A DNA stretch of 64,000 nucleotides from a virus (taxonomy: Duplodnaviria > Caudoviricetes). How positions within the stretch are numbered: position 1 is the stretch's first letter; each line of letters opens with the position of its first letter. The translations under genes were made by a program, and so were the position numbers. The DNA lies in the IMG/VR virus record IMGVR_UViG_3300037067_024922, positions 1 to 64,000 of that record; one strand, 5' to 3'. This document shows, piece after piece, positions 18,744 to 28,196 of this stretch. Under the pieces are notes generated by a model that did no database searches, had not been told where the DNA came from, and was given only the letters and a program-made list of their open reading frames with translations.

Positions 18744-18999
18744 ATGACTAAGATATACAGACCAAAACTTTGTGAATGTGGTTGCGGGCAAATGTCCTGA
18801 CTTTGTTAATGTTAATGGCCAGAAAAAGATAATTGAATTATTTGGTGATTACTGGCATAGAGGACAGAATCCACAAGATCGGATTGATGTATTTAAGCCT
18901 TTTGGTTATGAGACATTAGTTATATGGCAGAGAGAATTGGAGGATTTAAAATCGTTACGTCATAAAATCTTTGATTTTGCGGAATTAAGGAGTCATTGA
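18744..18999 (+). pseudogene. Internally deleted free-standing homing endonuclease remnant (Vsr/DUF559-like)
   Basis: ATG 18744 gives MTKIYRPKLCECGCGQMS*; an overlapping frame gives CPDF...IIELFGDYWH...GYETLVIW. Confidence 0.7.
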
Positions 19000-19919
19000 T
19001 GGTTCGTCTTTTAGTTGATTGCAATTGTCTTTGTTACAGATCGTTGTTTACAACAAACGATCTCTCCAATGACCAAAAGCGGGTGGGTGGTATTTTTGGT
19101 TTTATCAAACAGATATTTACGTTGGCAAAAAAGTTTGAGACGAACAGATTTATTTTTTGTTGGGACAGTAGAAATTCATACAGAAAATTAAGATGCCCTT
19201 CCTATAAAAGTAGCCGTAGGAAGGATCTTACAGAAGCCCAGGCAATTGATATGCAAGATGCTTTCCGTCAGTTTGATGAGATCAGAGAAATTCTTCTTCC
19301 ATGTATGGGGTTTAATAATAGCTATCAACAGAGTGGGTATGAGGCTGATGATTTAATTGCCCATATTTCTATGAGGCTTCCAGACAACACCATCATAGCA
19401 TCAACTGACAACGATCTTCTTCAGCTCATTCGTCATGATCGTTTTTGCCCAATTAAGATTTATAATTTCAAAGGAGTTACAGATGAGGCAGAGTTTAAGA
19501 AGGCTTGGTATGGTCTTGCTCCAATCAAATGGTCGGAGGTAAAGGCCATTGCGGGTTGCGGAAGTGATGAAGTAAAAGGGATCGTTGGAATTGGAGAGGC
19601 TACAGCGGCAAAATACTTGATGGGTTTGGTGAAAGGAAAATCTCTTGAGAAAATAGAATCTAAAGAAGGGAAAGCCATTGCTTACGGAAATATGTCCCTT
19701 GTTTGTCTTCCATATGCAGATGGGCTCAAGCCGATTAAAATTTGGGGGCTGTATGAAGATAGTCTTTCTCTTGATAAGTTTAAGGCAGTCTTTGGACAAT
19801 ATGGTTTTCGTTCCTTGTTAAAAGAAGAGGAAATCTATAAATGGTCAAAATCATTCTTTGGTGGAGACAATGGCGGAAAGTCTGGGACAAATTCCGTTCG
19901 GAAAATTCAAAGGGGTTGA
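18996..19919 (+). CDS. 5'-3' exonuclease / flap endonuclease
   Basis: LVDCN, CWDS..SYR....SYK..R, GYEADDLI, STDNDLLQL and GIVGIGEATA motifs. Confidence 0.92.
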   Translation: MMVRLLVDCNCLCYRSLFTTNDLSNDQKRVGGIFGFIKQIFTLAKKFETNRFIFCWDSRNSYRKLRCPSYKSSRRKDLTEAQAIDMQDAFRQFDEIREILLPCMGFNNSYQQSGYEADDLIAHISMRLPDNTIIASTDNDLLQLIRHDRFCPIKIYNFKGVTDEAEFKKAWYGLAPIKWSEVKAIAGCGSDEVKGIVGIGEATAAKYLMGLVKGKSLEKIESKEGKAIAYGNMSLVCLPYADGLKPIKIWGLYEDSLSLDKFKAVFGQYGFRSLLKEEEIYKWSKSFFGGDNGGKSGTNSVRKIQRG

Positions 19920-20064
19920 TATTGAAGACGTTCCCGATTCTTATCTGATCTGGGTATCGGGTGAACTTTGGTTCAGGACCAGAGAACCAAAGTTGTATGA
20001 GAACATTGTTAAAGAACTTAAGTACCGTGAAAAGTTTGATCTCCATGTTAAGGAGGAAAGATGA
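19870..20064 (+). CDS. Small DUF3820-like protein
   Basis: IPFGKFKG..IEDVPDSYLIW motif. Confidence 0.7.
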   Translation: MAESLGQIPFGKFKGVDIEDVPDSYLIWVSGELWFRTREPKLYENIVKELKYREKFDLHVKEER

Positions 20065-20741
20065 GTAAAGGGGGAGGATACGAGAATGAGATTGCTCGTC
20101 AGCTTTCTCTCTGGTTCACTGACGGCAAAAGAGATGATGTTTTTGGCCGTTCAGACGGGTCTGGAAGCAGATTTACATCGCGTTGGAAGAGAGGCAAGAA
20201 GACAGCGAACCAGCATGGTGATATCACCTTTACTGACGCCATTGGCGAGCCATTGATTAAGATTTGGAGTATAGAAGCCAAGACAGGCTATTCGAGCAAA
20301 AAGGTTGTTAAGGATGCCGATGGCGATGTGGTTAAAATTCCAATCTATGCCAAGCGAAAAATGAAAGACAAGAATGAAGAGAGAGTGATCAAAGGCTGGA
20401 AGAATAAAAAAGCTTTAGTGCCTTGGGGGGTTCTGGATTTTGTTGATTCCAATCAAAAGAAGCCTGTTCTCCAAATGATGTGGGAGCAATGTATTAGAGA
20501 TGCCGAGCTTTCAAACTGTGAACCAATTCTTATTTTCAGGAGAAATACTCGTTCTTCATGTATTTGTATGAAGAGGTCATATTACCATGAGATAGGTCAT
20601 TTTTATGGCAAATACCGATCAAGTATAATCACTCTTGATAGTAATGATCTTGATCAAACCATTGTAGTCATGTCTCTGAAAGGATTTTTTGAATGGGCTC
20701 AGCCAGTCTGTAAATTTTTATCCCACGTATCCGAAAAGTAG
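20061..20741 (+). CDS. Hjc-type Holliday junction resolvase (PD-(D/E)xK)
   Basis: KG..YE.EIA, SG, GDI and IEAK motifs. Confidence 0.75.
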   Translation: MSKGGGYENEIARQLSLWFTDGKRDDVFGRSDGSGSRFTSRWKRGKKTANQHGDITFTDAIGEPLIKIWSIEAKTGYSSKKVVKDADGDVVKIPIYAKRKMKDKNEERVIKGWKNKKALVPWGVLDFVDSNQKKPVLQMMWEQCIRDAELSNCEPILIFRRNTRSSCICMKRSYYHEIGHFYGKYRSSIITLDSNDLDQTIVVMSLKGFFEWAQPVCKFLSHVSEK

Positions 20742-20799
20742 AATAAAATAAGGAAGAAGATACTTGAATCTGTTACTAATCAGTTTGAAGGGATAATCA

Positions 20800-22029
20800 A
20801 TGTTCAAATTTCTTAGGTTAGAAAATTATAAAAGTCATGAAAATTCCTTGATTCATTTTGATCGAGGAGTGAATGTTATATTTGGGATGTCTCAGGCTGG
20901 GAAAACAAACTTTTTGAAAGCGTTGAGATTGTTAGCCAGTAATCGGCCACTTGGCGGAAAATTCTTTTCTGATTTTGCTGGGGACAAAGGCGAGACAAAA
21001 ATCACTCTTGGTCTTGAAGGCAGTGAAGATATTTCTCTTCTAAAAGAGATCCGCGTTACAGAGGATGATAAAAAAGTTATCAAGACTATGTATAAGATTG
21101 GTGATGTGCCTTTCTCTTCTCCGAAGGATCAGGTTCCTGATCGAATAGTTGCAGCATTAAATATTTCAGAGTTGAATATCCAAAGGCAGTTTGATCCTCC
21201 TTTTCTTGTTACTTCTTCTGGAGGAGATATCGCCAAAACTATTAATCGTTTGACAAAGCTTGAGGAGGTTGATGATTGGGTTTCTGAGTTAACCAGCGAG
21301 ATCAATGCTGAGAATCGTGATATAGTAAGGATGGAAAGCGAAGCGAAGGCATTAGTACAGGAACTTGAGATTTACAAAGACGTTGATGAGACAGAGAAAG
21401 CAATCTCTGAGTTGCAGGCCAATTCTGGTTCAATAGCAAAGTTACTTCTTCAGCAGAATGCTCTTGATAAAATGCTTATACAATTTGAAGAAGCGGTTAG
21501 ATCTTTAGAGCCTCTTGAGGAATTTTTATTGGCTGAACGTTATATCATTAAGGCCGAAAAAATTCAGATTGAGATTGATTTGTTTAATAGCCTTCAAGCA
21601 GATTTAAATAGATACAAGGAGTTGTCTGATACTATTTTAGAAAAGAAAAGTATATTGAATGATTTGTCTGTTTCAGATTCAGAGTTGGAATCTTCCGAAT
21701 TTGATACAGTGGTTTACGATTCCTTAAAGACTGCTTGCCACCGACTATCTTCCTGTCTTGAAGAGTTGGAAGTGTTAGAAGGCTATTTACAGGCAGAGAA
21801 ATATGCTGTTAAGGCCGAGAAGATAGATGCTGAGATTTCTGTCTTTTTTAATTTTAAACAACAATTGAGGATTTATGAAGAGGTCGCTGAGGTTGGTGAA
21901 AAAAAAGAGTTAAGATTATCAGAGGCTAAAATTGAGTATGTTAATAAATTGAAAGAGGTAAAGAAGTGCCCGATTTGTTTAGCAGATATTAACGTGGAAT
22001 GTATCAAAGAAATTGAGGCGGCCTTGTAA
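20800..22029 (+). CDS. Rad50/SbcC/gp46-like ATPase, N-terminal half ending at the zinc hook
   Basis: LENYKSH, Walker A GMSQAGKT, Q-loop, coiled coil, terminal CPIC. Confidence 0.88.
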   Translation: MFKFLRLENYKSHENSLIHFDRGVNVIFGMSQAGKTNFLKALRLLASNRPLGGKFFSDFAGDKGETKITLGLEGSEDISLLKEIRVTEDDKKVIKTMYKIGDVPFSSPKDQVPDRIVAALNISELNIQRQFDPPFLVTSSGGDIAKTINRLTKLEEVDDWVSELTSEINAENRDIVRMESEAKALVQELEIYKDVDETEKAISELQANSGSIAKLLLQQNALDKMLIQFEEAVRSLEPLEEFLLAERYIIKAEKIQIEIDLFNSLQADLNRYKELSDTILEKKSILNDLSVSDSELESSEFDTVVYDSLKTACHRLSSCLEELEVLEGYLQAEKYAVKAEKIDAEISVFFNFKQQLRIYEEVAEVGEKKELRLSEAKIEYVNKLKEVKKCPICLADINVECIKEIEAAL

Positions 22030-22961
22030 TGAAAGCAATTTGTATCAGTGATGTTCATTTATCGCCAGAAAATCCAGAAGCCAGATTGGACAATTTAGTA
22101 GATGTTCAATTTGATAAGTTTAAATTTGTTTTTGATACAGCCAAGAAAGAAAATGCGATTGTATTACAGGCAGGTGACTTATGTCACAAACCTCGTAGCT
22201 GGATGTTGTTGCCTTTGTTGATTGATTTTTTGAAAAGGTATCCAGAGGTGAAAATGTATAGCGTTAGAGGTCAGCATGACGACTATATGTTTTCAGAAGA
22301 AACGAAAGACAGGACCATTCTTGGGGTCTTGGTAAAGGCGGGATTGGTAATTCCTCTTGGGGATAAGCCAATCGAGGTCCAAGGTGTCTCGCTGTACGGG
22401 GCAAACTTCGGCCAGAATCTGCCTGAAATCAAAAGATCCTCTCGAACTTCCTTTAGTATAGGTGTTATCCATTCTTCTATCTCTGATGCGCCACTGTGGC
22501 TTGGCCATCAATTCACCTCTGCTGACAAGTTTCTCGATTTGCATCCAGGGTATGATTTTATTCTGGTTGGGGATATTCATCGTAAGTTTAAAACTGCCGA
22601 TGAAGGTGATCATATTCTTCTTAATACTGGTCCAATGTTGAGGCGGGAGGCAACTGAGTATAATTTTCAACATAACCCTTCAGTGTTTTTACTTGATACA
22701 GACGATTGTAGGAAAAACCGCTGGATCTCAATTCCGCATGCCAAAGCCGCGTCTGTTTTGAGTCGTGATCATATTGAAAGGCAAGCAGAGGCAGAGACAT
22801 TGCTTGATGACTTCGTTGTTGCCATTAAAAATGATGCTGGGGATGTTGGTGTTTCTTTTTCAGAAAATTTGCATGCTTTTTATAAAGCCAATGAAATTGA
22901 CGAAAAGGTGGTTGAGGCGATCGCCAGGTTTATTGAGAGATCCAAAAAGGAGGAGTTATGA
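22029..22961 (+). CDS. Mre11/SbcD/gp47-like metallophosphoesterase nuclease
   Basis: SDVH, AGDL, GQHD, GDIH and NTG motifs. Confidence 0.9.
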   Translation: MKAICISDVHLSPENPEARLDNLVDVQFDKFKFVFDTAKKENAIVLQAGDLCHKPRSWMLLPLLIDFLKRYPEVKMYSVRGQHDDYMFSEETKDRTILGVLVKAGLVIPLGDKPIEVQGVSLYGANFGQNLPEIKRSSRTSFSIGVIHSSISDAPLWLGHQFTSADKFLDLHPGYDFILVGDIHRKFKTADEGDHILLNTGPMLRREATEYNFQHNPSVFLLDTDDCRKNRWISIPHAKAASVLSRDHIERQAEAETLLDDFVVAIKNDAGDVGVSFSENLHAFYKANEIDEKVVEAIARFIERSKKEEL

Positions 22962-23203
22962 GTGAGCAGGAAATTTTAGTGGAGCTTAAAGAAACCATCG
23001 AGAAGATCAAAAGAGGTGTTGCGGTAAAAGAAGGTGAACGTAATTCTCTCCTGGAGCAGATCAAGAAGGATTTTGGTGTTAAGAATCTTAATGAGGCGTA
23101 TGAGAAGCTCAAAGTTCTCGGGACAGACATCGAGATTAAAAAGGAACGGCGGGAAGAATTGTTAAAAGAAGCTCAAGAGAAATTAAAATCCTATAGGCGG
23201 TAG
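22958..23203 (+). CDS. Small coiled-coil protein
   Basis: Heptad-rich 81 aa, translationally coupled within the sbcCD-like block. Confidence 0.65.
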   Translation: MSEQEILVELKETIEKIKRGVAVKEGERNSLLEQIKKDFGVKNLNEAYEKLKVLGTDIEIKKERREELLKEAQEKLKSYRR

Positions 23204-23204
23204 T

Positions 23205-23534
23205 ATGGATAAGCCAACCATTGTATGTCTATGTGGCTCCACAAGATTTTTAGACGCTTTTCGTGAAGCCAATCTCCGAGAGACACTTGCAGGGAAGATC
23301 GTTTTGAGTATTGGATGTGATCTGCGGTCTGATAATGAACTGTGGCCTGATGACCGTGTTCGTGAAAAAATGAAGATAATGCTTGATGAACTTCACAAGC
23401 GAAAAATTGATCTTGCTGATGAGGTTTTGATTCTGAATGTTGGCGGGTATATTGGTCCATCAACTCAGAGCGAACGGGATTATGCAATAAAACATGGCAA
23501 GGTGGTTCGTTTTCTTGTAGGAAGCCAGAAATGA
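23205..23534 (+). CDS. Nucleoside 2-deoxyribosyltransferase/TIR-like fold protein
   Basis: LCGSTRF...KIDLADEVLILN..GYIG.ST..E..YA...GK.V pattern. Confidence 0.6.
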   Translation: MDKPTIVCLCGSTRFLDAFREANLRETLAGKIVLSIGCDLRSDNELWPDDRVREKMKIMLDELHKRKIDLADEVLILNVGGYIGPSTQSERDYAIKHGKVVRFLVGSQK

Positions 23535-24199
23535 CAGTCGAAGAGATAACAGCCGAATTTGCTGAGGTTAAGGCCCGTAGTGGTCTTTTAAAAAAGGATC
23601 TTGATGCGAAGCTTGAGGCAATTCTCTCTAAGAAAGACAATGTTGAAACTCTTGTAAAAGCCAGGTGGGTCTTAACAGAAGTAGCAACAATGACCCAAAA
23701 AAGGTTCAAAGAGAAGGTTGAGACGTTAGTTACGATGGCGATTCGTTCTGTGTTTGACCGGCCGTTTCAATTTTTTCTTGAGTTTGAGCGTAAGAGGAAT
23801 AAAATGGAATGCCGACCGGAGATTAAAGAATTGGTCAAAGGTAAACTTAGAACATTTGATCCAGAGGAAGATATGGGAGGAGGGATTATTGACATTATTT
23901 CTTTTGCTCTTAGGGTTGTATTGTGGAGTCTTGAGATCCCCAGAAGCAGGAATGTTATCTGTCTTGATGAACCAATGAAGAATTTGGGGAAACTTGTGAC
24001 ATTGGCCGGGCAGGTGTTAAAAGAGATCAGTCATAAACTTGATTTTCAATTGATTGTTGTAACGCACGAAGATGAATTGATAGAGATAGCAGACCGGGCG
24101 TATCATGTATCTCATGATGGTGACAGATCCCATATAGAACTGGCAAAAGGAGATCCTATCAATGTCAAGAGGAAAGTTCGTATCGCGAGAAATTCTTGA
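23531..24199 (+). CDS. Rad50/SbcC-like ATPase, C-terminal half
   Basis: MGGG signature-like motif, Walker B ICLDEP, H-loop VVTHE. Confidence 0.88.
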   Translation: MTVEEITAEFAEVKARSGLLKKDLDAKLEAILSKKDNVETLVKARWVLTEVATMTQKRFKEKVETLVTMAIRSVFDRPFQFFLEFERKRNKMECRPEIKELVKGKLRTFDPEEDMGGGIIDIISFALRVVLWSLEIPRSRNVICLDEPMKNLGKLVTLAGQVLKEISHKLDFQLIVVTHEDELIEIADRAYHVSHDGDRSHIELAKGDPINVKRKVRIARNS

Positions 24200-24638
24200 T
24201 AAAGTTGACTCATTCGTTTGTGATGGTAAAAATGATCTCCAGATTTCGCTGGAGATGAAAATTCCAATCCAAGAAATTTATAGGATTAGAAGAAATATTC
24301 TCAAAATCAGCCTTTATGGCTCAAAGCGTAAATGCAACAGATGTGGCCAAAATAAATCGAAGACCTGTTTTAGTAAAAAATCAAAGTATACAGATTGGTG
24401 TATTATTTGTCGAAAGAAGTATGGAGGGGAAAGAGGGTCAGGTCGTCCTCCAGGGACAATAAATAACAACCAGAAAGAAAAAGTTAAAAAAGAAGAAACT
24501 GTAACGTGTTTATGTCTTAGATGCGACACGGGATTCGAGTCGCCTGTCTTTATAGGTCTGGGAGGAAAAAAAGATCATTATCGTCTTTGTAATAAGTGCC
24601 ATAAAATAGTTGTAGGCATGGAGGCGGTATCAATATGA
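24162..24638 (+). CDS. Putative transcription regulator (HTH plus zinc ribbons and an AT-hook-like GRP)
   Basis: N-terminal HTH-like segment, four CxxC pairs, GRPP. Confidence 0.5.
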   Translation: MSRGKFVSREILDKVDSFVCDGKNDLQISLEMKIPIQEIYRIRRNILKISLYGSKRKCNRCGQNKSKTCFSKKSKYTDWCIICRKKYGGERGSGRPPGTINNNQKEKVKKEETVTCLCLRCDTGFESPVFIGLGGKKDHYRLCNKCHKIVVGMEAVSI

Positions 24639-24892
24639 CAGATCGAATCAAGTATTCTATCATAAAGTTGGGAGATACGATTAGTTTTTGTGCTACTTGT
24701 GGAGCGATGCCTGTACCAGTTCCGTATGGTGGACACCCTTTGTCGCGGATATGGAATCGAGTTAATATTGGAGAAATTTTGATATGCTGTCCAAATGGCT
24801 GTAAAGATGGCGAGACTGTAAGGCCGAGGAAAATATGTCGTGGTGAGGTCGTTTTGATTAATGAAGGACAAGAGGAAGACTCTGATGAATAA
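24635..24892 (+). CDS. Hypothetical zinc-binding protein
   Basis: CATC...CPNGC; overlaps the upstream stop codon. Confidence 0.5.
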   Translation: MTDRIKYSIIKLGDTISFCATCGAMPVPVPYGGHPLSRIWNRVNIGEILICCPNGCKDGETVRPRKICRGEVVLINEGQEEDSDE

Positions 24893-24926
24893 GGCCCCCA
24901 AAAATTCAAGATAGAGGAGATTTGAT

Positions 24927-25490
24927 ATGTTGAAGTTGATTTTCATTGATGTGGAGACGACAGGGACAGATAGAGAGAAGAGCGGGATTTGGCAGATTGG
25001 TGGCATTATTGAATGCGGAAAAAGAAAAGAGGAGTTCGAATTCGAGTGTGATATTTTTGAGCAAAATACTTTTGATCCAAAAGTGACAGAGGTAACGGGG
25101 ATCACACTCGAGAAGTTGAACCAGATGGCTGACCCTGGCAAGACGTATGACAAGTTCATTGAGCTACTTGGTGGATATGTTGACAAGTATGATAAAAAAG
25201 ACAAATTCCAAGCCGTGTCTTACGGAGGCGATTTTGACCAAGAAATGCTGAGGGCCTGGTTCCTCAGAAACGATGATGATTATTTTGGTTCATGGTTTTG
25301 GCATCCATGGATCTGTATGATGTATGCAGCAGCGATAGAGCTTAGAAAAGAGCGGGCAGAGTTAAAAAACTTCCGTCTTGAGACTGTGGCGGATTATCTG
25401 GGCATCAAGGTTGATCCAACACAGACGCACAATGCTTTGTATGATGCGAAATTGGCGAGAGAGATTTATTACAAGGTTGTTGAGAAATAA
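24927..25490 (+). CDS. DEDDh 3'-5' exonuclease (DnaQ/epsilon-like)
   Basis: IDVETTG, FD and HNALYDA motifs. Confidence 0.92.
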   Translation: MLKLIFIDVETTGTDREKSGIWQIGGIIECGKRKEEFEFECDIFEQNTFDPKVTEVTGITLEKLNQMADPGKTYDKFIELLGGYVDKYDKKDKFQAVSYGGDFDQEMLRAWFLRNDDDYFGSWFWHPWICMMYAAAIELRKERAELKNFRLETVADYLGIKVDPTQTHNALYDAKLAREIYYKVVEK

Positions 25491-25535
25491 ATGAAGGCTG
25501 GTCTATAATAGAAGTATGGAAAAGGAGGTGGTTGA

Positions 25536-26268
25536 ATGGGAAGAAATATTGCTTATCTTCGCGTTAGTCACCCGTCGCAAGATGTAGAAAAAAAATAAAG
25601 CAGATATCATAAAATATTGTGATTTTCGGTCTTTTGGAAATGTTCAGTTTGTCGAAGAGACGGTTTCTGGAACTAAACCATGGCAAGATAGATTGCTTGG
25701 TGGAATTATAGATTCCCTTTGTCGTGGTGATCGTTTAATTGTTCCGGAATTATCCAGGATGGGAAGATCGATGTTAGATGTTGTGTCATGTTTAGCAACT
25801 GCCAAAGAAAAAGGTATTATTATCTATGATGTCAAGAACGGATTTGAATTGGATGGTCGGTTCCAAGGCGAATTGATGGCGATGGTCTTTTCTATGGTTG
25901 CGCAAATTGAGAGGGATCTCATTTCGCTTCGGACAAAAGAAGGCCTGCGGGCGGCCAGAGCTCAAGGCAAAATGCTTGGAAGGCCAAAAGGCCCCGGCAA
26001 ATCAAAACTCGATCCATACAAAGATGGTATTGTTAAGTTACTCGAAAACGGATCGACAAAAACTTATGTTGCGATGCGTTATGGTTGTACAGTTGCAAAC
26101 TTGTTTAACTGGCTCAAAAAAAATAAACTTAACGACGGATTGTTAATCAAAGAACCAATAGTTGTACACAAGTCAAAACAGAAATTACAGTTAGAGCAAC
26201 TTCAGAAATTAAATAATGATATCGCAACAATGAATGATGGCTCCAATCGGAAAATTCTCCGAGATTGA
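25536..26268 (+). pseudogene. Serine recombinase (resolvase/invertase) with a +1 frameshift in an A8 run at 25588-25595
   Basis: MGRNIAYLRVS..SQ carries the catalytic Ser and stops after GAAAAAAAATAA. The +1 frame continues ...VSG...ELSRMGRS...ER.LISLRTKEGL..AR..G..LGRP plus an HTH. Confidence 0.85.
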
Positions 26269-26307
26269 CAAACAAACTTACAGTAAAGGAAAACCAAAGG
26301 AGCCTGT

Positions 26308-26889
26308 ATGAGCAAAATCAAGGTTGGAGATATCGTTAGAATTGTTAGGCCAGATTTCTTTATCAAATGTGGTTATGAGAACAACCATCAGGCTGCTGTT
26401 GAGAAGATAGAAAATACATATTGGGAGCAGACCTTCAGATTCATTTATGATTGGGAGAAATCGTTGGTGAAGGAGAAAGGGGTTGATTTCATTTCTTGGG
26501 AAAGATACAGGTCCGAATTGGCCAACCCAAAGTCACTTCATAAGATTATCTCAGCCCTGGCATACGATCTTGTAAGCAAGAACAGGGAGGATGGTGCAAA
26601 GCGTGTCATTTTTCTCGAACGTCGAAAAGAAGACAAAGGTTTAATAGCAACGGTCAAGGCCATTAAAACTTGCCAGACGGGCATATACATTTCCCCAAAA
26701 GGTCATTGTACAGAGGAAGGCTGGGAGGTTGAGTCTGGCTATATTAAGGATCCCAAGTATCATCGCATATTGATCCTGGATTGTCCTGAGATTGACGAAG
26801 GTAATTTAATTTTGATTGAGGACATTAACGTCGAGAAAATAGGAAATTGTAATAAAATGTTAACCCTTATAGACACTACAACAGAATAA
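26308..26889 (+). CDS. Hypothetical protein
   Basis: 193-aa ORF with AGGAG RBS. Confidence 0.55.
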   Translation: MSKIKVGDIVRIVRPDFFIKCGYENNHQAAVEKIENTYWEQTFRFIYDWEKSLVKEKGVDFISWERYRSELANPKSLHKIISALAYDLVSKNREDGAKRVIFLERRKEDKGLIATVKAIKTCQTGIYISPKGHCTEEGWEVESGYIKDPKYHRILILDCPEIDEGNLILIEDINVEKIGNCNKMLTLIDTTTE

Positions 26890-26894
26890 GTTCA

Positions 26895-26957
26895 AAATAT
26901 CTTTTCTCAGTAACTGACAAAAAATATCTTTTAATCTATCTAAAATGTCTCTACAAT
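26895..26957 (+). promoter_or_regulatory. Tandem AAATATCTTTT boxes; the second is followed after 19 nt by TACAAT
   Basis: Boxes at 26895-26905 and 26922-26932; -10 at 26952-26957 lies 7 nt before the terS ATG. Confidence 0.7.
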
Positions 26958-26964
26958 TCGCGGT

Positions 26965-27600
26965 ATGAAAATATTCCGTGAAACCCTTCCAGAAGATCCC
27001 ATAAAAAAGAAGAAACGAGGCCGGCCCAAAGGCATAGGTAAAAGTGGCAGTCCTTTGAAGAGATATATTAAAATCAAAAGGTTTGTAAAAGAGTATTTGG
27101 TAGACCTGAATGCAGTAAGGGCGTTCCAACGATGTGGTTATGGTACAGGAAATGACCAGGCAGATAATGTTAATGCCGGTAAATTAATGGCAAGAGATGA
27201 TGTAATTGAACTCATACAAGAAGAGGAAAGAAAACGTTCAGAAAGAGTAGAGATTACTCAGGATATGGTTCTTAGACAATTGGCCTTATTGGCCTTTGCG
27301 AACATAAGAGACATCTCTACATGGGATGGTTATAACTTTGTTCTTAAGCCTTTCTCAGAGTTAACAAGGGATCAAACGGCTATCATATCAAGTATAAAGG
27401 TGATGCCCCGGGCGTTTGGTGGGGTGGACATAGAGTTTAAAACCCCATCCGCATCTGATCAAAGAACCGCGTTAGTTGATATTGGTAAACACCTTGGAAT
27501 GTTTTGGGAAGGGAATAAAGAGGTTGATCCCGTCGAGGCAGCCCGGAAAATCAGAGAAGCAATAAAAGAAAGCGGGGAAAGGACGGCACCAAAGGAATGA
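26965..27600 (+). CDS. terS: Terminase small subunit
   Basis: FVKEYLVDLNA..A....GY, EITQDMVLRQL..LAF and AL..IGKHLGMF motifs. Confidence 0.92.
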   Translation: MKIFRETLPEDPIKKKKRGRPKGIGKSGSPLKRYIKIKRFVKEYLVDLNAVRAFQRCGYGTGNDQADNVNAGKLMARDDVIELIQEEERKRSERVEITQDMVLRQLALLAFANIRDISTWDGYNFVLKPFSELTRDQTAIISSIKVMPRAFGGVDIEFKTPSASDQRTALVDIGKHLGMFWEGNKEVDPVEAARKIREAIKESGERTAPKE

Positions 27601-27601
27601 A

Positions 27602-27949
27602 ATGGGCATGGCAGCGGCCTTGTTTTCTGGAGCGGTCTCTTATAAGAGACCTATAAGGAGAATGAAAATGAAAATACCAAGAAAGATTTTTGGAGAATTG
27701 GCAGACTGTATTCTGGAAGGTGGTGCTTATAAAGCCGTCAAGTATTTTGATGAAACCACAACAGTCAAAGCAACAAGACGATTGTTCAAGTATAACAAAA
27801 GGAAGATTGATAAGCGAAGAAAATGCGTCGAAATTCTGTTTACAATTGGCATCCCAAATTATGAGGAGCGGGAATTTATTAAGAAAGTTAAGAAGGCAGG
27901 CGAACCGTTTCCGGTTAAGAAGATTCAATTGAAATTTCCAAAGCAATAA
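27602..27949 (+). CDS. Hypothetical basic protein
   Basis: ORF between the terminase genes; start uncertain. Confidence 0.5.
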   Translation: MGMAAALFSGAVSYKRPIRRMKMKIPRKIFGELADCILEGGAYKAVKYFDETTTVKATRRLFKYNKRKIDKRRKCVEILFTIGIPNYEEREFIKKVKKAGEPFPVKKIQLKFPKQ

Positions 27950-28016
27950 GGAAATGGCATAGGACCGGGACAAGCAAACTATGCAAGGCGCTGCCTGCCG
28001 ATTTGATGAGCAAAAA

Positions 28017-28196
28017 ATGAGTTACAGATACCGATGCCAAAAATGTCGTCATTGTTTTGAAAAGAGTAAACCTGGTCCTGTTGTATGCAATAACTGTGGC
28101 CATCTTTATATTGATTGGTTGAATTTTAAGGAAGTGTTGGAGAGCCTGGGTAATTATAAAAATGAAATCGTCAAGGAAACCCGTAACAGTACGTGA
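28017..28196 (+). CDS. Small zinc-ribbon protein
   Basis: YRCQKC...CNNCG. Confidence 0.55.
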   Translation: MSYRYRCQKCRHCFEKSKPGPVVCNNCGHLYIDWLNFKEVLESLGNYKNEIVKETRNST

